Source: Nitrosopumilus sp.
GTDB taxonomy: Archaea; Thermoproteota; Nitrososphaeria; Nitrososphaerales; Nitrosopumilaceae
Assembly (NCBI GenBank): GCA_963662625.1
Contig: OY759726.1
Span: 480,001 to 544,000, forward strand
Direction: 5' to 3'
DNA: 64,000 bases
The notes under the pieces were generated by a model. That model had not been told where the DNA came from. It did no database searches and was given only the letters and a program-made list of their open reading frames with translations. The position numbers and the translations under genes were made by a program. Numbering within the stretch: position 1 is the first letter of the stretch; each line of letters starts with the position of its first letter. Below are positions 1-9,758 of the stretch, piece after piece.

Positions 1-823
1 AGCCGAGGGGCTGGTTGAAGCCCGCGCCTGAGAACATCCCTGACATGTCGGTGACCGACGACACGTCCCAGGAGTCCAGGGGCTGGTTGAATGGCGTACC
101 TCTGAACATGCCGGACATGTCGGTGACGCCGGAGACGTCCCAGCCGCCTATGGGGCCGCTGAAGGAGGAAGACGCGAACATGCCGCTCATGTCCGTCACG
201 CCGGAGAGATCCGGCGCGTCGCTTGCGTTGTATGACAGGTTTAACGCGCCCTTGAATGCGGACTCCATGGACTCCCACTTGGTGCCGCCCCACTGCTCGA
301 TGGAGGCCAGCTTGAGGGCGTTGGCCGTGGCTGGCGTGCCGTCGTCCCACACCAAGCCGCCCAACCTGGGATCGAACGCCGCGTTGCCGTCCAGGCGGAT
401 CCTGGTAAAGTCGCCCGTTATCTGCACGGTGTAATGCCCGGGGGCGGCGTACGTGTGGGAGGCGTCGCCGGCATGCGCGGTCCGGCACCCGTCGCCCCAG
501 TCCACCGAATAGGCGCCCGCGGCGCCCCCGACCGGGATGGTGATCGACTCGTGCGCGGAGGCGATCCTCCACTGGGTGACAAAGGCCCCGCCTTCGGCGG
601 CCGGGGACTGCCAAAATGGCCCGTGTTGGGCGAGCCATAACATAAAAGTGGCAAAGGCCCCGCCTTCGGCGGCCGGGGACGGCTCCGCCGGCGCGCAGGC
701 GGGCGGGATCTGCGCGCCCGCGCCCATGCCGGCCTCCTCTGCCGGGGGCATGCCGTAGGCGTGGGCTACGGGCACGGCCAGCGCGCATGCCAGCACCGCC
801 AGGAATGCCGCGTATGATATCAT
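1..823 (-). CDS. DUF285/BspA-type repeat surface protein with signal peptide and PKD-like domain (5' part; runs off window)
   Basis: Manual translation from ATG 823: MISYAAFLAVLACALAVPVAHA (signal peptide), YSVDWGDG..HTYAAPGHYTVQITGDF (PKD-like), then WDVSGVTDMSGMF..FNQPL repeats; absent from ORF track because it is open at the window edge. Confidence 0.88.
   Translation of the reverse strand, partial: MISYAAFLAVLACALAVPVAHAYGMPPAEEAGMGAGAQIPPACAPAEPSPAAEGGAFATFMLWLAQHGPFWQSPAAEGGAFVTQWRIASAHESITIPVGGAAGAYSVDWGDGCRTAHAGDASHTYAAPGHYTVQITGDFTRIRLDGNAAFDPRLGGLVWDDGTPATANALKLASIEQWGGTKWESMESAFKGALNLSYNASDAPDLSGVTDMSGMFASSSFSGPIGGWDVSGVTDMSGMFRGTPFNQPLDSWDVSSVTDMSGMFSGAGFNQPLG
580..680. repeat. 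Perfect 29-bp direct repeat, 2 copies (580-608, 652-680), 43-bp unique spacer
   Basis: CAAAGGCCCCGCCTTCGGCGGCCGGGGAC twice; encodes SPAAEGGAF twice in the DUF285 gene. Confidence 0.9.
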
Positions 824-2169
824 GCAGTTCGTCGTTACTGGTTGCTTATGGCCTTTTTGTCAGACGCGCTGCGGCAGGTAGCGGAATCTGGCGTTCTGTC
901 AGCGCCTAACCCGTCGGAAAATCCCCCGGATCCCCGAGGCCCCCGCATCGTTAATACCGCCAGACTCGCAATACGTCTCATCCCTGTGATCACCGCTTGC
1001 CATATTCCCACATGCCCATGCGGCATGGATTTGTCACCCCCTCATACCGCGACTTTCCTGTCGTCGCCGTACATCGCATCACCGCCTCCGTAGCCGCATG
1101 ACACGTTGCCGGAGAAATTGGCCGTGGTGGCGCCTTTGGGGCGCGTGGTATCCGCGCATGCGCGGATGCCGGATCTCCGGAATCCTCCCTCGCATGAATC
1201 CAGCGCCCCGTTGCCGCCTTCGTCACGACAAGCCGTGGCATTTACAGTGGCAGGTTCGCGGCTCCGCGAAGCCTGGCGTCAGAATCGAAGGCCAGGAACG
1301 CATGGTTTGCAGGAGGGGCTGGCCACCCGCACCACTTCCATGGTTTCCAGCGTCCGGGTTTGCGCCACCGTGGAGCTCACGCTACCTCGACATATCCGGC
1401 AGAAACCGGGCTGCCGCCGCGGCGGCGCCGACAATCTCGTGCTTGCCCCCGGCGGCACACGCGCCAGACAGCGGCTCGCCCGTTGCGGGTGCGTCGGCGC
1501 CCGATTCAGCAGCACGCGCCATGGCGCTTGCACATGCTGATTGCCGGATGCCGGATCCCCGCCACTGCCCCCCCAGGCGCGGACGTTCTGGCGCAGTCCG
1601 CGGGCGCCGCATCGCTGGCTGCCGGTTCCGAGTAGCCGAAAAAGCCTCCCGGGGGATTGTGGGACTCCCGGACGAAGCGCCGTCCCCCGGCCCGCCGGAG
1701 CAGTGCGGCGCCTGGACGCAGTGCGGGGCGGCAAAGGACGTCGCGGGTGACCTCCCGTACGCGGGCGCCGCATGGCCCACAACCAGCCCACTGTGAAATC
1801 ACGCGGCAGAGGATCCGCGGATGTGCGCTGCTTGGATCGTGTCACGGATGCCGCTGCACGCAAAACGAAATGCGGTGCCCGGTCGAAACGAGCTGGAATC
1901 GGACGCGCCGGCGGCGGCGCGCCCACGCGGGCCGCCATGCGCCGGGGGACGTTCTGGTCAAGATGTGCGGTCGCGTGACGCGTTGGCCGTGGCGCCCGCC
2001 GCGGCGCGGGGACTCCATGGCGCGCCGTGCTGCCGGCGCGCGGCCCCCCAGCCGGCGTGGCGGCCGGGCCTGCCAGGCACGCGCGCGCCGTGCCTGCGCC
2101 GCGCCGCGAGCCCGTTTCCCGCCGCGTTCACGATCATGTTTTTATTGATAGGCATCGATAAAGAGGCAC

Positions 2170-3456
2170 TTGAAGGAAAAGCTGCAGGACCTGCAGGACA
2201 TAAAATGCCCGCTGTGCCACAGGACACTCGCGTCCTACGAATACAAGAAGGCGCTCTCGGAGCTGGAGGCCACTATCGTGCAGAGGTACGAAAAGGCGGA
2301 CAAGAAAAGGACCGAGGGCTTTGCGCAGCAGCTGAAAAGGATAAAGAAGCAGCACAGGCAGAAAGAGAAGAGCCTCCAGGCATCACATGACAACGAGATG
2401 AGGAAGCTGCAAAAGAGTTTGGAGGGATCGCATGACAGGCAGCTGGACGCGCTAGAAAAAAGCTACGACAAGCTGGCCGCCCAGAGCCAAAAACAGTTTT
2501 CCAGCATGGAGAGGAAGATAAAGCTTGACTTTGAAAAAAGAATGCGGGAGAGAGACAGGGAGTCGAAGGCATACGAGAGGGAAACGAAGGCGGCCCACAG
2601 GAAGGAGCTTGCGCACATGGCAAGGCAGATCCAGCAGTTGAAGAAAGAACGGGCGTCCGTCAAGAAAGAGGCGAGGGAGGGAGCCAGGACGGACTTTCAG
2701 GCAAAGTACGACAGACTGAACTCTGAGATGGCAGAAAAAGAGATCCAGATAAGGCGCTTCACCAAGGAGGTGGACGGGCTCAAGAGGAAGATCACCCAGG
2801 CGAAGCCGGGACCTGCGGGCGGCGCGGGAGAGCTGGACCTCTACGCGACTCTCACCCACGCGTTTGCCAACGACTTCTTCAGGAGGCAGAAGAAGGGGAC
2901 GTCCAGCGGCGACCTGATCCAGCAGATAAGGACCCCGACCGGCTCCCTTGACACGCTGATAGTGTACGACAACAGGGCCGCCGCCACGGTAACGAAGAAA
3001 GACGTCGAGAAGGCGAAAAAATACAAGAAAATCCACGGCACGAACTACGTCATCATCGTCTCGAGCAGCCTGCCCAAGAGATCCGTCCCGAACGGGATCT
3101 TCGGCGAGATGGACGGGGTGCTGCTGGTGCACCATTCCATAATAACCGAGGTGGCAAGGCACATACGCACCGGCATAATCGAGATATCAAAGCTGTCAAA
3201 GAGCAAGGAGGACCAGGAGGCAAAGCAGTCCAGGCTGTACGAGTACATAATCAGCGGCGAGTTTTCGATGATGCTCGAGTCGCTCTACGCGATAAGCGGG
3301 CAGCTGGCCAGCATCCAGACCAGGGAGGAGAAGGACCACGAGACCCTGTGGAAGACCAGAAAGTCGCTGTACGGCCAGCTGGTAAAGGCGGCCAACGACC
3401 TGTCAAGCGGGATAGAAAGCATCACCCAGAAAGAGATCACCGTGGAAGGCCGCTGA
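2170..3456 (+). CDS. DUF2130-like coiled-coil protein with N-terminal CxxC and C-terminal nuclease-like fold
   Basis: CPLC, long K/E/Q coiled coil, then GELDLY..L..AF.ND....KKG..SGDLIQQIR pattern resembling DUF2130/RmuC-like domains. Confidence 0.7.
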   Translation: MKEKLQDLQDIKCPLCHRTLASYEYKKALSELEATIVQRYEKADKKRTEGFAQQLKRIKKQHRQKEKSLQASHDNEMRKLQKSLEGSHDRQLDALEKSYDKLAAQSQKQFSSMERKIKLDFEKRMRERDRESKAYERETKAAHRKELAHMARQIQQLKKERASVKKEAREGARTDFQAKYDRLNSEMAEKEIQIRRFTKEVDGLKRKITQAKPGPAGGAGELDLYATLTHAFANDFFRRQKKGTSSGDLIQQIRTPTGSLDTLIVYDNRAAATVTKKDVEKAKKYKKIHGTNYVIIVSSSLPKRSVPNGIFGEMDGVLLVHHSIITEVARHIRTGIIEISKLSKSKEDQEAKQSRLYEYIISGEFSMMLESLYAISGQLASIQTREEKDHETLWKTRKSLYGQLVKAANDLSSGIESITQKEITVEGR

Positions 3457-3681
3457 GGGATCCCCGCGGGGCCGGATCTCCGGCGCCCATGCCAGCCAGC
3501 CGCCCAGTCCGGGTTTTTCCGGCCAGGTACGATCCAGCCTCCCAGCGAGCCGCGCAGCCCAGGCTCGGTTTTCCGGGATGCGCCCCCCCCCCCGCGCCGA
3601 ATGCCCGGGCATGCGCCACGCGCTCTGCCCCGCGGCGCCCCAAGATAGCGTTAAATGTAGCGCCGGGCGATTTTAACCGGA

Positions 3682-4875
3682 ATGGGGGAGTACGAGGAGT
3701 TTGCCGAGGCGCTCCTGGGCCAGCTGTCAGTGGAGATCAACGAGGAAAAAGAGATCATGCGGGCGGCAGAAAAGGCAAGAGACGACATGCCGGGGGCCGG
3801 GTTCGGGGACATAGAACAGGCGGCCGGCATGGTGTTCCCGGACCTGAGGGAAAGGGCCGGGCGGTTCCTCGGACTCGGCATCCCGGACGGGCTCAGGATG
3901 GAGTTCCCGGAACTGGCCGACCTGAAAAGGATCAAGGCGGAGAAGGTGTTCTCGGACGAAAAGTCGTCCCGGTTCGTGCAGAGGCTGTTCCAGGCGGTGG
4001 CGGAGGAGGACGCCGGGAAGATCGCCGGCCTCGTCGAGGAGGATCCCGCAAAGTACCTGGTGTATTCGACGTACGCGATCCAGTACATCTCGAAGATCTC
4101 CACCACGTACGGCGACTACCTGGACTCGGTGATCTACCTGAACAGGTTCATACTCTCCAGGTACCCCCAGATCATCCTCCACAGGCAGGGGCCGCCCTAC
4201 GAGGAGCGGTTTTCCAGGATCAACTCTGGCTACATGGGCGCAGTCAAGATGACCATCCTGGAGGAGACCGTGCATTCGGCGCAGGGGAACCTGCAGAGGA
4301 TCAACCGGGACGCCGCGATGCGGGTCAACCTGATCAACGAGGAGCTTGCCAGCATCGTCCTGGCGCTGGATCCCGGGACGGTCAGCGGCCTCGCCGAATA
4401 CCTGCAGCTCCAGGCGGTCCCGGACGACTTTCCCTTCGCAAAAAAGGCGAACCTGTTCTTCTTTCTGAACCCGGACCACTTCCTGATCGAGCAGATCGGG
4501 CCGGACGTGATGACGTTCACGCACGTGGAGATCGACCCGAAGATATCCGAGGCCATCCCGCAGCTGCTCGGCATCTACAAGAGGTGGCTCGGCCCCATAC
4601 AGCAGCACCACGCCGCGTTCAGCACCATGGAGGGGATGGCCGCGTTTGCGGTGGAGACCGTGCTAAAAGACGACGGGGACTTTCAGAACTACCTGACCAC
4701 GTTCATGGGCACGGACTTCTCGTCATACCGGGTGAGGAAGGACATCGGGAGGGACTTTACGATGGCCGTCCACGAGAGGCTCGGCACGGAGGCCTTCGGG
4801 AGGCTGGTGGAGGATCCGCCCAGCACTAGGGAGCTCAAGGACCCGCAGTCGTACATAGGCAGGGCGTGCAGGTAG
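3682..4875 (+). CDS. Zincin-like (DUF2342-like) hypothetical protein
   Basis: Strong coding bias; ILEETVHSAQ, STMEGMAAF and C-terminal PP..EL.DP..YI motifs resemble the DUF2342 family. Confidence 0.55.
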   Translation: MGEYEEFAEALLGQLSVEINEEKEIMRAAEKARDDMPGAGFGDIEQAAGMVFPDLRERAGRFLGLGIPDGLRMEFPELADLKRIKAEKVFSDEKSSRFVQRLFQAVAEEDAGKIAGLVEEDPAKYLVYSTYAIQYISKISTTYGDYLDSVIYLNRFILSRYPQIILHRQGPPYEERFSRINSGYMGAVKMTILEETVHSAQGNLQRINRDAAMRVNLINEELASIVLALDPGTVSGLAEYLQLQAVPDDFPFAKKANLFFFLNPDHFLIEQIGPDVMTFTHVEIDPKISEAIPQLLGIYKRWLGPIQQHHAAFSTMEGMAAFAVETVLKDDGDFQNYLTTFMGTDFSSYRVRKDIGRDFTMAVHERLGTEAFGRLVEDPPSTRELKDPQSYIGRACR

Positions 4876-4877
4876 CC

Positions 4878-5696
4878 TTGCGGGAAAGGTTCGATCCCCT
4901 CGTCGCCGAGTGGATCTCGTTCGTGGGAAGCCCGAACTTCAACCTGGCCGAAAAATGCCTCAAGTTCGCCCAGATCCTGGAATACCCGGACCTAGACGTG
5001 GAGTCGTACGTGCAGAAGATCAACCGCATCGGGAACTCGCTCAGGGAGTCGGTCGGCGGCGCCAGAAACCCGATCTACGTCATATCGCTGCTAAACGAGC
5101 ACCTCTTCCAGAACCTCGGGTTCGCGGGGGACAGGGGCGGCTACCACGATCCGAGGAACAACTTCCTAAACGAGGTGGTCGACAGGAAGTCCGGCCTGCC
5201 GATCACCATGTCGATACTGTATGCGGAGGTCGCAAAGTCCGTAGGCCTGGAACTGAAGCTGGTCGGGTTTCCGGGCCACGTCCTGGCAAAGTACGGCGAG
5301 GAGATGATCCTGGATCCGTTCAACGACGGGAAGCTGCTCGGCGTTGACGACCTGCAGGGGATGCTGCGCCGGAGCTTCGCGGGGCGGGTGGAGTTCGAAC
5401 CGTGCTTCTTGGACGAGATGGGGGAAGAGCAGGCCCTGATCAGGCTTGCGCGCAACCTGAAGAACTCGTATGCCCGGTCGCACTCCTACGAGAGGGCCGC
5501 GAGGTGCGCGGACATGGTCCTGGCGATCGAGCCGGACTCGCCGGAGGACGTAAGGGACAAGGGGGTCATCGAATGGCGCATGCTGAATCCCGACTCCGCG
5601 CTGGCGTACCTGAACAGGTACCTGGAGGTGAGCCCCAACGCGGAGGACGTGGACTTTGTCTTGGAACTGATACGCGACATCAGGGTGAAGGGGTAG
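4878..5696 (+). CDS. SirB1-family transglutaminase-like protein with TPR repeats
   Basis: GFAGDRGGYHDPRNNFLNEVVDRKSGLPITMSILY, GFPGH, ILDPFNDG motifs; TPR C-terminus; start TTG 4878 or GTG 4866. Confidence 0.88.
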   Translation: MRERFDPLVAEWISFVGSPNFNLAEKCLKFAQILEYPDLDVESYVQKINRIGNSLRESVGGARNPIYVISLLNEHLFQNLGFAGDRGGYHDPRNNFLNEVVDRKSGLPITMSILYAEVAKSVGLELKLVGFPGHVLAKYGEEMILDPFNDGKLLGVDDLQGMLRRSFAGRVEFEPCFLDEMGEEQALIRLARNLKNSYARSHSYERAARCADMVLAIEPDSPEDVRDKGVIEWRMLNPDSALAYLNRYLEVSPNAEDVDFVLELIRDIRVKG

Positions 5697-5732
5697 GACG
5701 GCGCGGGAACGCTTTGTTCCATTGGTGGAAAA

Positions 5733-5903
5733 TCAGGACAGTATGGAATCGATTTCGCGGCCCTGCTTTACCAGGGATATCTCGTGGCGGGCAATCTTGT
5801 TTTTGAGGGCCGCCTTCAGGATGTCCAGCTCGTTCCTGAGCAACGCTACCTCGTCCTCGAGTTTGGCCACCCGTTCATAGATCGTCTCGGCTTCTGAACT
5901 CAT
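5733..5903 (-). CDS. Small coiled-coil protein (56 aa)
   Basis: Manual translation MSSEAETIYERVAKLEDEVALLRNELDILKAALKNKIARHEISLVKQGREIDSILS; AT-rich TATA-like tract upstream. Confidence 0.75.
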   Translation of the reverse strand: MSSEAETIYERVAKLEDEVALLRNELDILKAALKNKIARHEISLVKQGREIDSILS

Positions 5904-6078
5904 GATTATGTATCATGAAGTGGTTCTCTTAAAAAGTTATGGTTGCGTGGGGCGCGGCGCGGCCCGGATTTCAGGCACGGGGATCGCCGCGCTTCGGCTG
6001 CCCGGGCACGCCCGTACTGCAGGCCGGCCCGGACGTGCTTGGGCACGCCCGGCCCCCGCATGCGGGGCGCCGGCGCGG

Positions 6079-6240
6079 CTATAATTCAAACTCCTGCCTG
6101 CATTTCTCGCATTTCCCCCTCTCTTGGCCCGGGGGGCCGAGCAGGAAGACCTTGCCTATGGTATGGCATTCGGGACACAGGCCCGTCGTGGCGTTCTTTG
6201 GGCCGGTTCTGATAATCTTCTGTCTTTTTCTGCGTCCCAT
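6079..6240 (-). CDS. Elf1-like zinc-ribbon protein (53 aa)
   Basis: MGRRKRQKIIRTGPKNATTGLCPECH...GKCEKCRQEFEL: basic N-terminus plus two CxxC; TATA-like tract ~25 bp upstream. Confidence 0.7.
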   Translation of the reverse strand: MGRRKRQKIIRTGPKNATTGLCPECHTIGKVFLLGPPGQERGKCEKCRQEFEL

Positions 6241-6431
6241 TGATCAGTCATGCCCCATCCAGACTATTAAATTTAGTTTTTTGGGGATCCGGCGCCCGTG
6301 GGAAGGGGGAAGCGCCTGCCTGCGGGCCAGGACGGCCGCGCCTGCCGCCGCGTGATCAGGGGCCGCGCCGTGGAACGGGCGTTCCCGCGGGCGGCACTGG
6401 AATTCCAGACAGGCCGGCTCCCGTCCCGCCA

Positions 6432-6926
6432 TCAGGGCGGGACGTAGCCGACGTTAAACGTCACGGCCTCGTTGACCGAGGGGGACGCGTACGTGTATGT
6501 GGCGGTGGTCGGGGCGTGTCCCGCATGGGCGGATTCCGGCCGGATCAGGCAGTACGCGGGCGGGGGCAGTATCTTGTCAAACGCGTACTCCCCGCTGGCG
6601 TCGGTGGTGGTGCGGACGATGGAGTTAGTCGCCGCGTTTATCACGAGCATCGACTGCCCGGGTATCCCGCGTTCCCCCGCGTCCTGCATCCCGTTGCCGT
6701 TGTTGTCCTGGAATACGGTCCCCGTCACCGTGCCGTATGCCCTGGGGGTTATCGCCGGGCTCTTCTGGGCCGGATCGAGCTTGTTCAGGAAGCCGACGAT
6801 CTCGCTTGAGCACGGATCTGGGCTGTTTCCGCACGTGGCCACGGTGTTTTGGATCCATCCGTGGTAGACGTTGGGAACGGCCAAGACGCCCTGGCCCCCC
6901 ATGCAGGCATCTCCTGATCTGGCCAA
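6432..6926 (-). pseudogene. SdrD B-like/Cna-B domain fragment, probably remnant of a larger surface protein
   Basis: GTVFQDNNGNGMQDAGERGIPG..TTTDASGEYAF motif; no signal peptide; in-frame TAA just upstream with the frame open beyond it. Confidence 0.6.
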
Positions 6927-7478
6927 GGCGGGTTACCGTTCTCCGAAGTGCCCCATCTCAGAATCTAACTGCGCCCGGCGATCCCTCAGATCTGCCTTGA
7001 GCGAAGGCAAGGCCTGCTTTTGGACTAGTTCTTTTGGCGATATCGTCGGCTCTAAAAATTCACCCTCACCGATGCTTCCACTTGGCCAATTTCCGCAGGT
7101 TTCGATCCGCGCTCAAGTTCGGGTGGCGCCTCCTCTTCCGTTTTTCCCGAAAACATGCGCCGTGCCGGGACCGCCAATCGTCCCGATTTCACGCCCCAAG
7201 CTTCTGTCCGGGCCGGGGTTGGCCGCGGGCCGGCTTAACGGAGTTTTTGCGTGACTTTGGCGCAACAATCTTGGGACATCGCAAGCAGTCATAGGCGTCA
7301 TGCCTTGAAGATGTGAAAATGCCGAGCGCGGTATCAGAAGCAATTACAGCCCCATGGGGTTTCTGACGCATGTTGGTTAGGCGCCAGGGGGCGCGACGAT
7401 CAGCCGGCAGGGAGAAGATCAGCCGGAGGCGAAACAGAGTCGCCATGAAGGCCTCCCCCAAGCAGCGCCGCTAGGAAC

Positions 7479-7487
7479 TTTTATAAA
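7479..7487 (+). promoter_or_regulatory. TATA box of radA (probably leaderless transcript)
   Basis: TTTTATAAA about 25 bp upstream of ATG 7511. Confidence 0.7.
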
Positions 7488-7510
7488 GTACCTGTACCGT
7501 ACTCTACGGT

Positions 7511-8623
7511 ATGGTAGAAGATTTGAGATTAGACAGTTTGGAGGGCGTGGGCCCTGTAACCACGAGAAAGTTGTCTGACGCGGGAGTCCACAACATAATG
7601 GATCTGATCGTCAGGGGTCCGGTAGAAATTTCTGAGATAACTGGAATGGAAAAAGACACTGCAGAAAAGATAGTCAACAAGGCACGGCAGCACTTGGTCG
7701 AAGGCGGCCTGCTGGCCAGGGATTTCGTCAGCGCTAGCGAGATATACAAGCACCGGCAGTTGATTGGCAAAATCACCACCGGTACAAACTGCCTCGATAC
7801 GCTGCTTGACGGCGGCCTTGAGACGCAGGCCCTGACCGAGGTCTATGGCGAATTCGGTTGCGGAAAGACCCAATTTGCGCATACGATGTCCGTCATGGTC
7901 CAAAGGCCAAAAGAAGAGGGCGGGCTGGAAGGCGGAGTCCTGTACATCGACACCGAAAACACTTTCAGGCCTGAAAGGATCATCTCGATCGCGCAGGCGC
8001 ACGAGCTGGATCCAGAGAAGATTCTCGACAACATCATCGTCGCGCGTGCGTACAACAGCGCGCACCAAACCCTGATTCTGGAAGAGGCAGGATCCATAAT
8101 AGATGAAAACAACATCAAATTGATTGTCGCGGATTCTGCAGTCGGCCTGTTCAGGTCCGAGTATCTTGGGAGAGGCACCCTGTCCAGCAGGCAGCAGAAG
8201 CTCAACCACTTTGTGCACCTGTTGTCCAGGATTGCAGAGACCTACAACTGCGCCGCGATAGCCACAAACCAGGTGATGTCGTCTCCAGACGTCTTCTTTG
8301 GGGACCCGACGCGCCCGATCGGAGGCAACGTAGTGGCCCATACCAGCACGTACAGGATCTACTTTAAGAAATCCGGCAAGAAGCGAATAGCGCGGATGGT
8401 AGACAGCCCCCACCACCCGGAAGAAGAGGTAATCTTCGCCTTGGGAGAAGCCGGAGTCGTGGATCCTGAAGAGGCTGAAAAGAAAAAGAAGGTCACAAAG
8501 GCCGGCAAGAAGGCCAAGGCAGACGCAAAAGCCCCGGAACCGGAACCAGATGCAGAAGAGATCCCCGATGCGGGTGCCGTTGCAGACTCCCAAGAGGCCG
8601 ACCCGGAGCCGCTAGAGGAGTAA
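7511..8623 (+). CDS. radA: DNA repair/recombination protein RadA with basic/acidic C-terminal tail
   Basis: N-terminal HhH, Walker A GEFGCGKT, YIDTENTFRPER, GGNVVAH. Confidence 0.98.
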   Translation: MVEDLRLDSLEGVGPVTTRKLSDAGVHNIMDLIVRGPVEISEITGMEKDTAEKIVNKARQHLVEGGLLARDFVSASEIYKHRQLIGKITTGTNCLDTLLDGGLETQALTEVYGEFGCGKTQFAHTMSVMVQRPKEEGGLEGGVLYIDTENTFRPERIISIAQAHELDPEKILDNIIVARAYNSAHQTLILEEAGSIIDENNIKLIVADSAVGLFRSEYLGRGTLSSRQQKLNHFVHLLSRIAETYNCAAIATNQVMSSPDVFFGDPTRPIGGNVVAHTSTYRIYFKKSGKKRIARMVDSPHHPEEEVIFALGEAGVVDPEEAEKKKKVTKAGKKAKADAKAPEPEPDAEEIPDAGAVADSQEADPEPLEE

Positions 8624-9458
8624 GCCCCCTTCCCCCTTGTACGGGCACGCATGCGCCGTAGTTCGGGATTCCGGCGGCATTCGTGTCACCGCCGCGCCGG
8701 GTTTTCAAAAGGGCCGGGTTCCCGCGCCGGCATTCTGAGGAGGCGGCCCCGGTGGTGGCACGGCCTGCGTGTCCGCACTGAACGCACATGTCCCGTTTTC
8801 CCACAGCCTGTCGGATCCCCAGGCCGGGGGCATGGCGGCCGGAGTTGCCAGGTGGCGCGCCGGCGCCCCCCCCCCACGGCTTTCCGACCCCCGTTCAGGA
8901 CGTGCCGACCAAGCGCGTGGTATGGACATGCATGCCCCGTGGCATTTCCCGCATCCCTCGGGCTCCCAGGTTCGGCGCGGCGTCTTTCAGCAGCTGGCTC
9001 CCTGGCGGCCAAGTCTTGGATTCGCTTGGGGGTCGCGCGCTGTCCCGATCCGGCCCGCACGGGCCGTCCAGGCCTTGCCTGCATGCGCGGTCGTTTTCGG
9101 GCCCCCGGGCGGGCTGTCCGGGTTGGCGCCTCCCCGTCCCGGAGCTCGGCGGCCCTGCTGCTGCGCGCCGCCCGCCGCCGGGGACGCGCTGCCTGGCGCA
9201 GGATGCCGTTTTGCTTCCGGTCTGGGATCCCTTCGGGCGGGATGTTTGGAGCTGCCGGCCAGGGCGGGGATCTTTGGCGCGCCGGGCAGCAGATCCCTGG
9301 CCCCGCCGTGCTCTGGTCTTGCGTGCTCGGGTCTTGCGTGCCGGGATCATCCCGGGATGCCGCCTTCATGCCTGAGGCGTCCCGGTCGCCCCGCCCGGCA
9401 TCCAAAACGGCCCCGAGTTATTGTAAGTATTAAAATAGGGCGCAGGGCGTTTCCATTC

Positions 9459-9758
9459 ATGGCAACCAAAAAGTCGTCTGGCCGTTCGCACGGGTTCAAG
9501 CACAAGTCCAGGTCCGTGATGAGGAAAAAATCCCCCCGCGGAGTCTCCTTCCTGCTGCGCGAGTACCGGGAGGGCCAGCGCGCGCTCGTCATAATCGATC
9601 CCAGGCAGCACAAGGGCCTGCCGCACAGGCGCTACCACGGGAAGGTGGGCACGGTGACCAGCGTGGGCAGGCGCGCGGTGACGCTTGACGTGAAACTGGG
9701 CGACAAATCGAAAACCTTAATCACTAGATTGGATCATATCAAACCGTTCGGTGTCTAG
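9459..9758 (+). CDS. rpl21e: 50S ribosomal protein L21e
   Basis: HKGLPHRRYHGKVGTV; true start ATG 9459 within the longer track ORF. Confidence 0.96.
   Translation: MATKKSSGRSHGFKHKSRSVMRKKSPRGVSFLLREYREGQRALVIIDPRQHKGLPHRRYHGKVGTVTSVGRRAVTLDVKLGDKSKTLITRLDHIKPFGV

Noticed and set aside
1098-2148. Overlapping R/A/P/G-rich ORFs here and at 8651-9433 and 60240-61253
   Set aside because: No domain motifs or host codon pattern; typical of stop-poor GC-rich DNA
9303-9345. 15-bp tandem repeat (GGTCTTGCGTG core)
   Set aside because: Only 2-3 degenerate copies with no supporting context
8769-9458. Apparent long N-terminal extensions on eL21, the histone (track ORF to 14887) and TatD (from 14130)
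   Set aside because: TATA-like tracts and internal ATGs sit right before the conserved domains; extensions are ORF-caller artefacts
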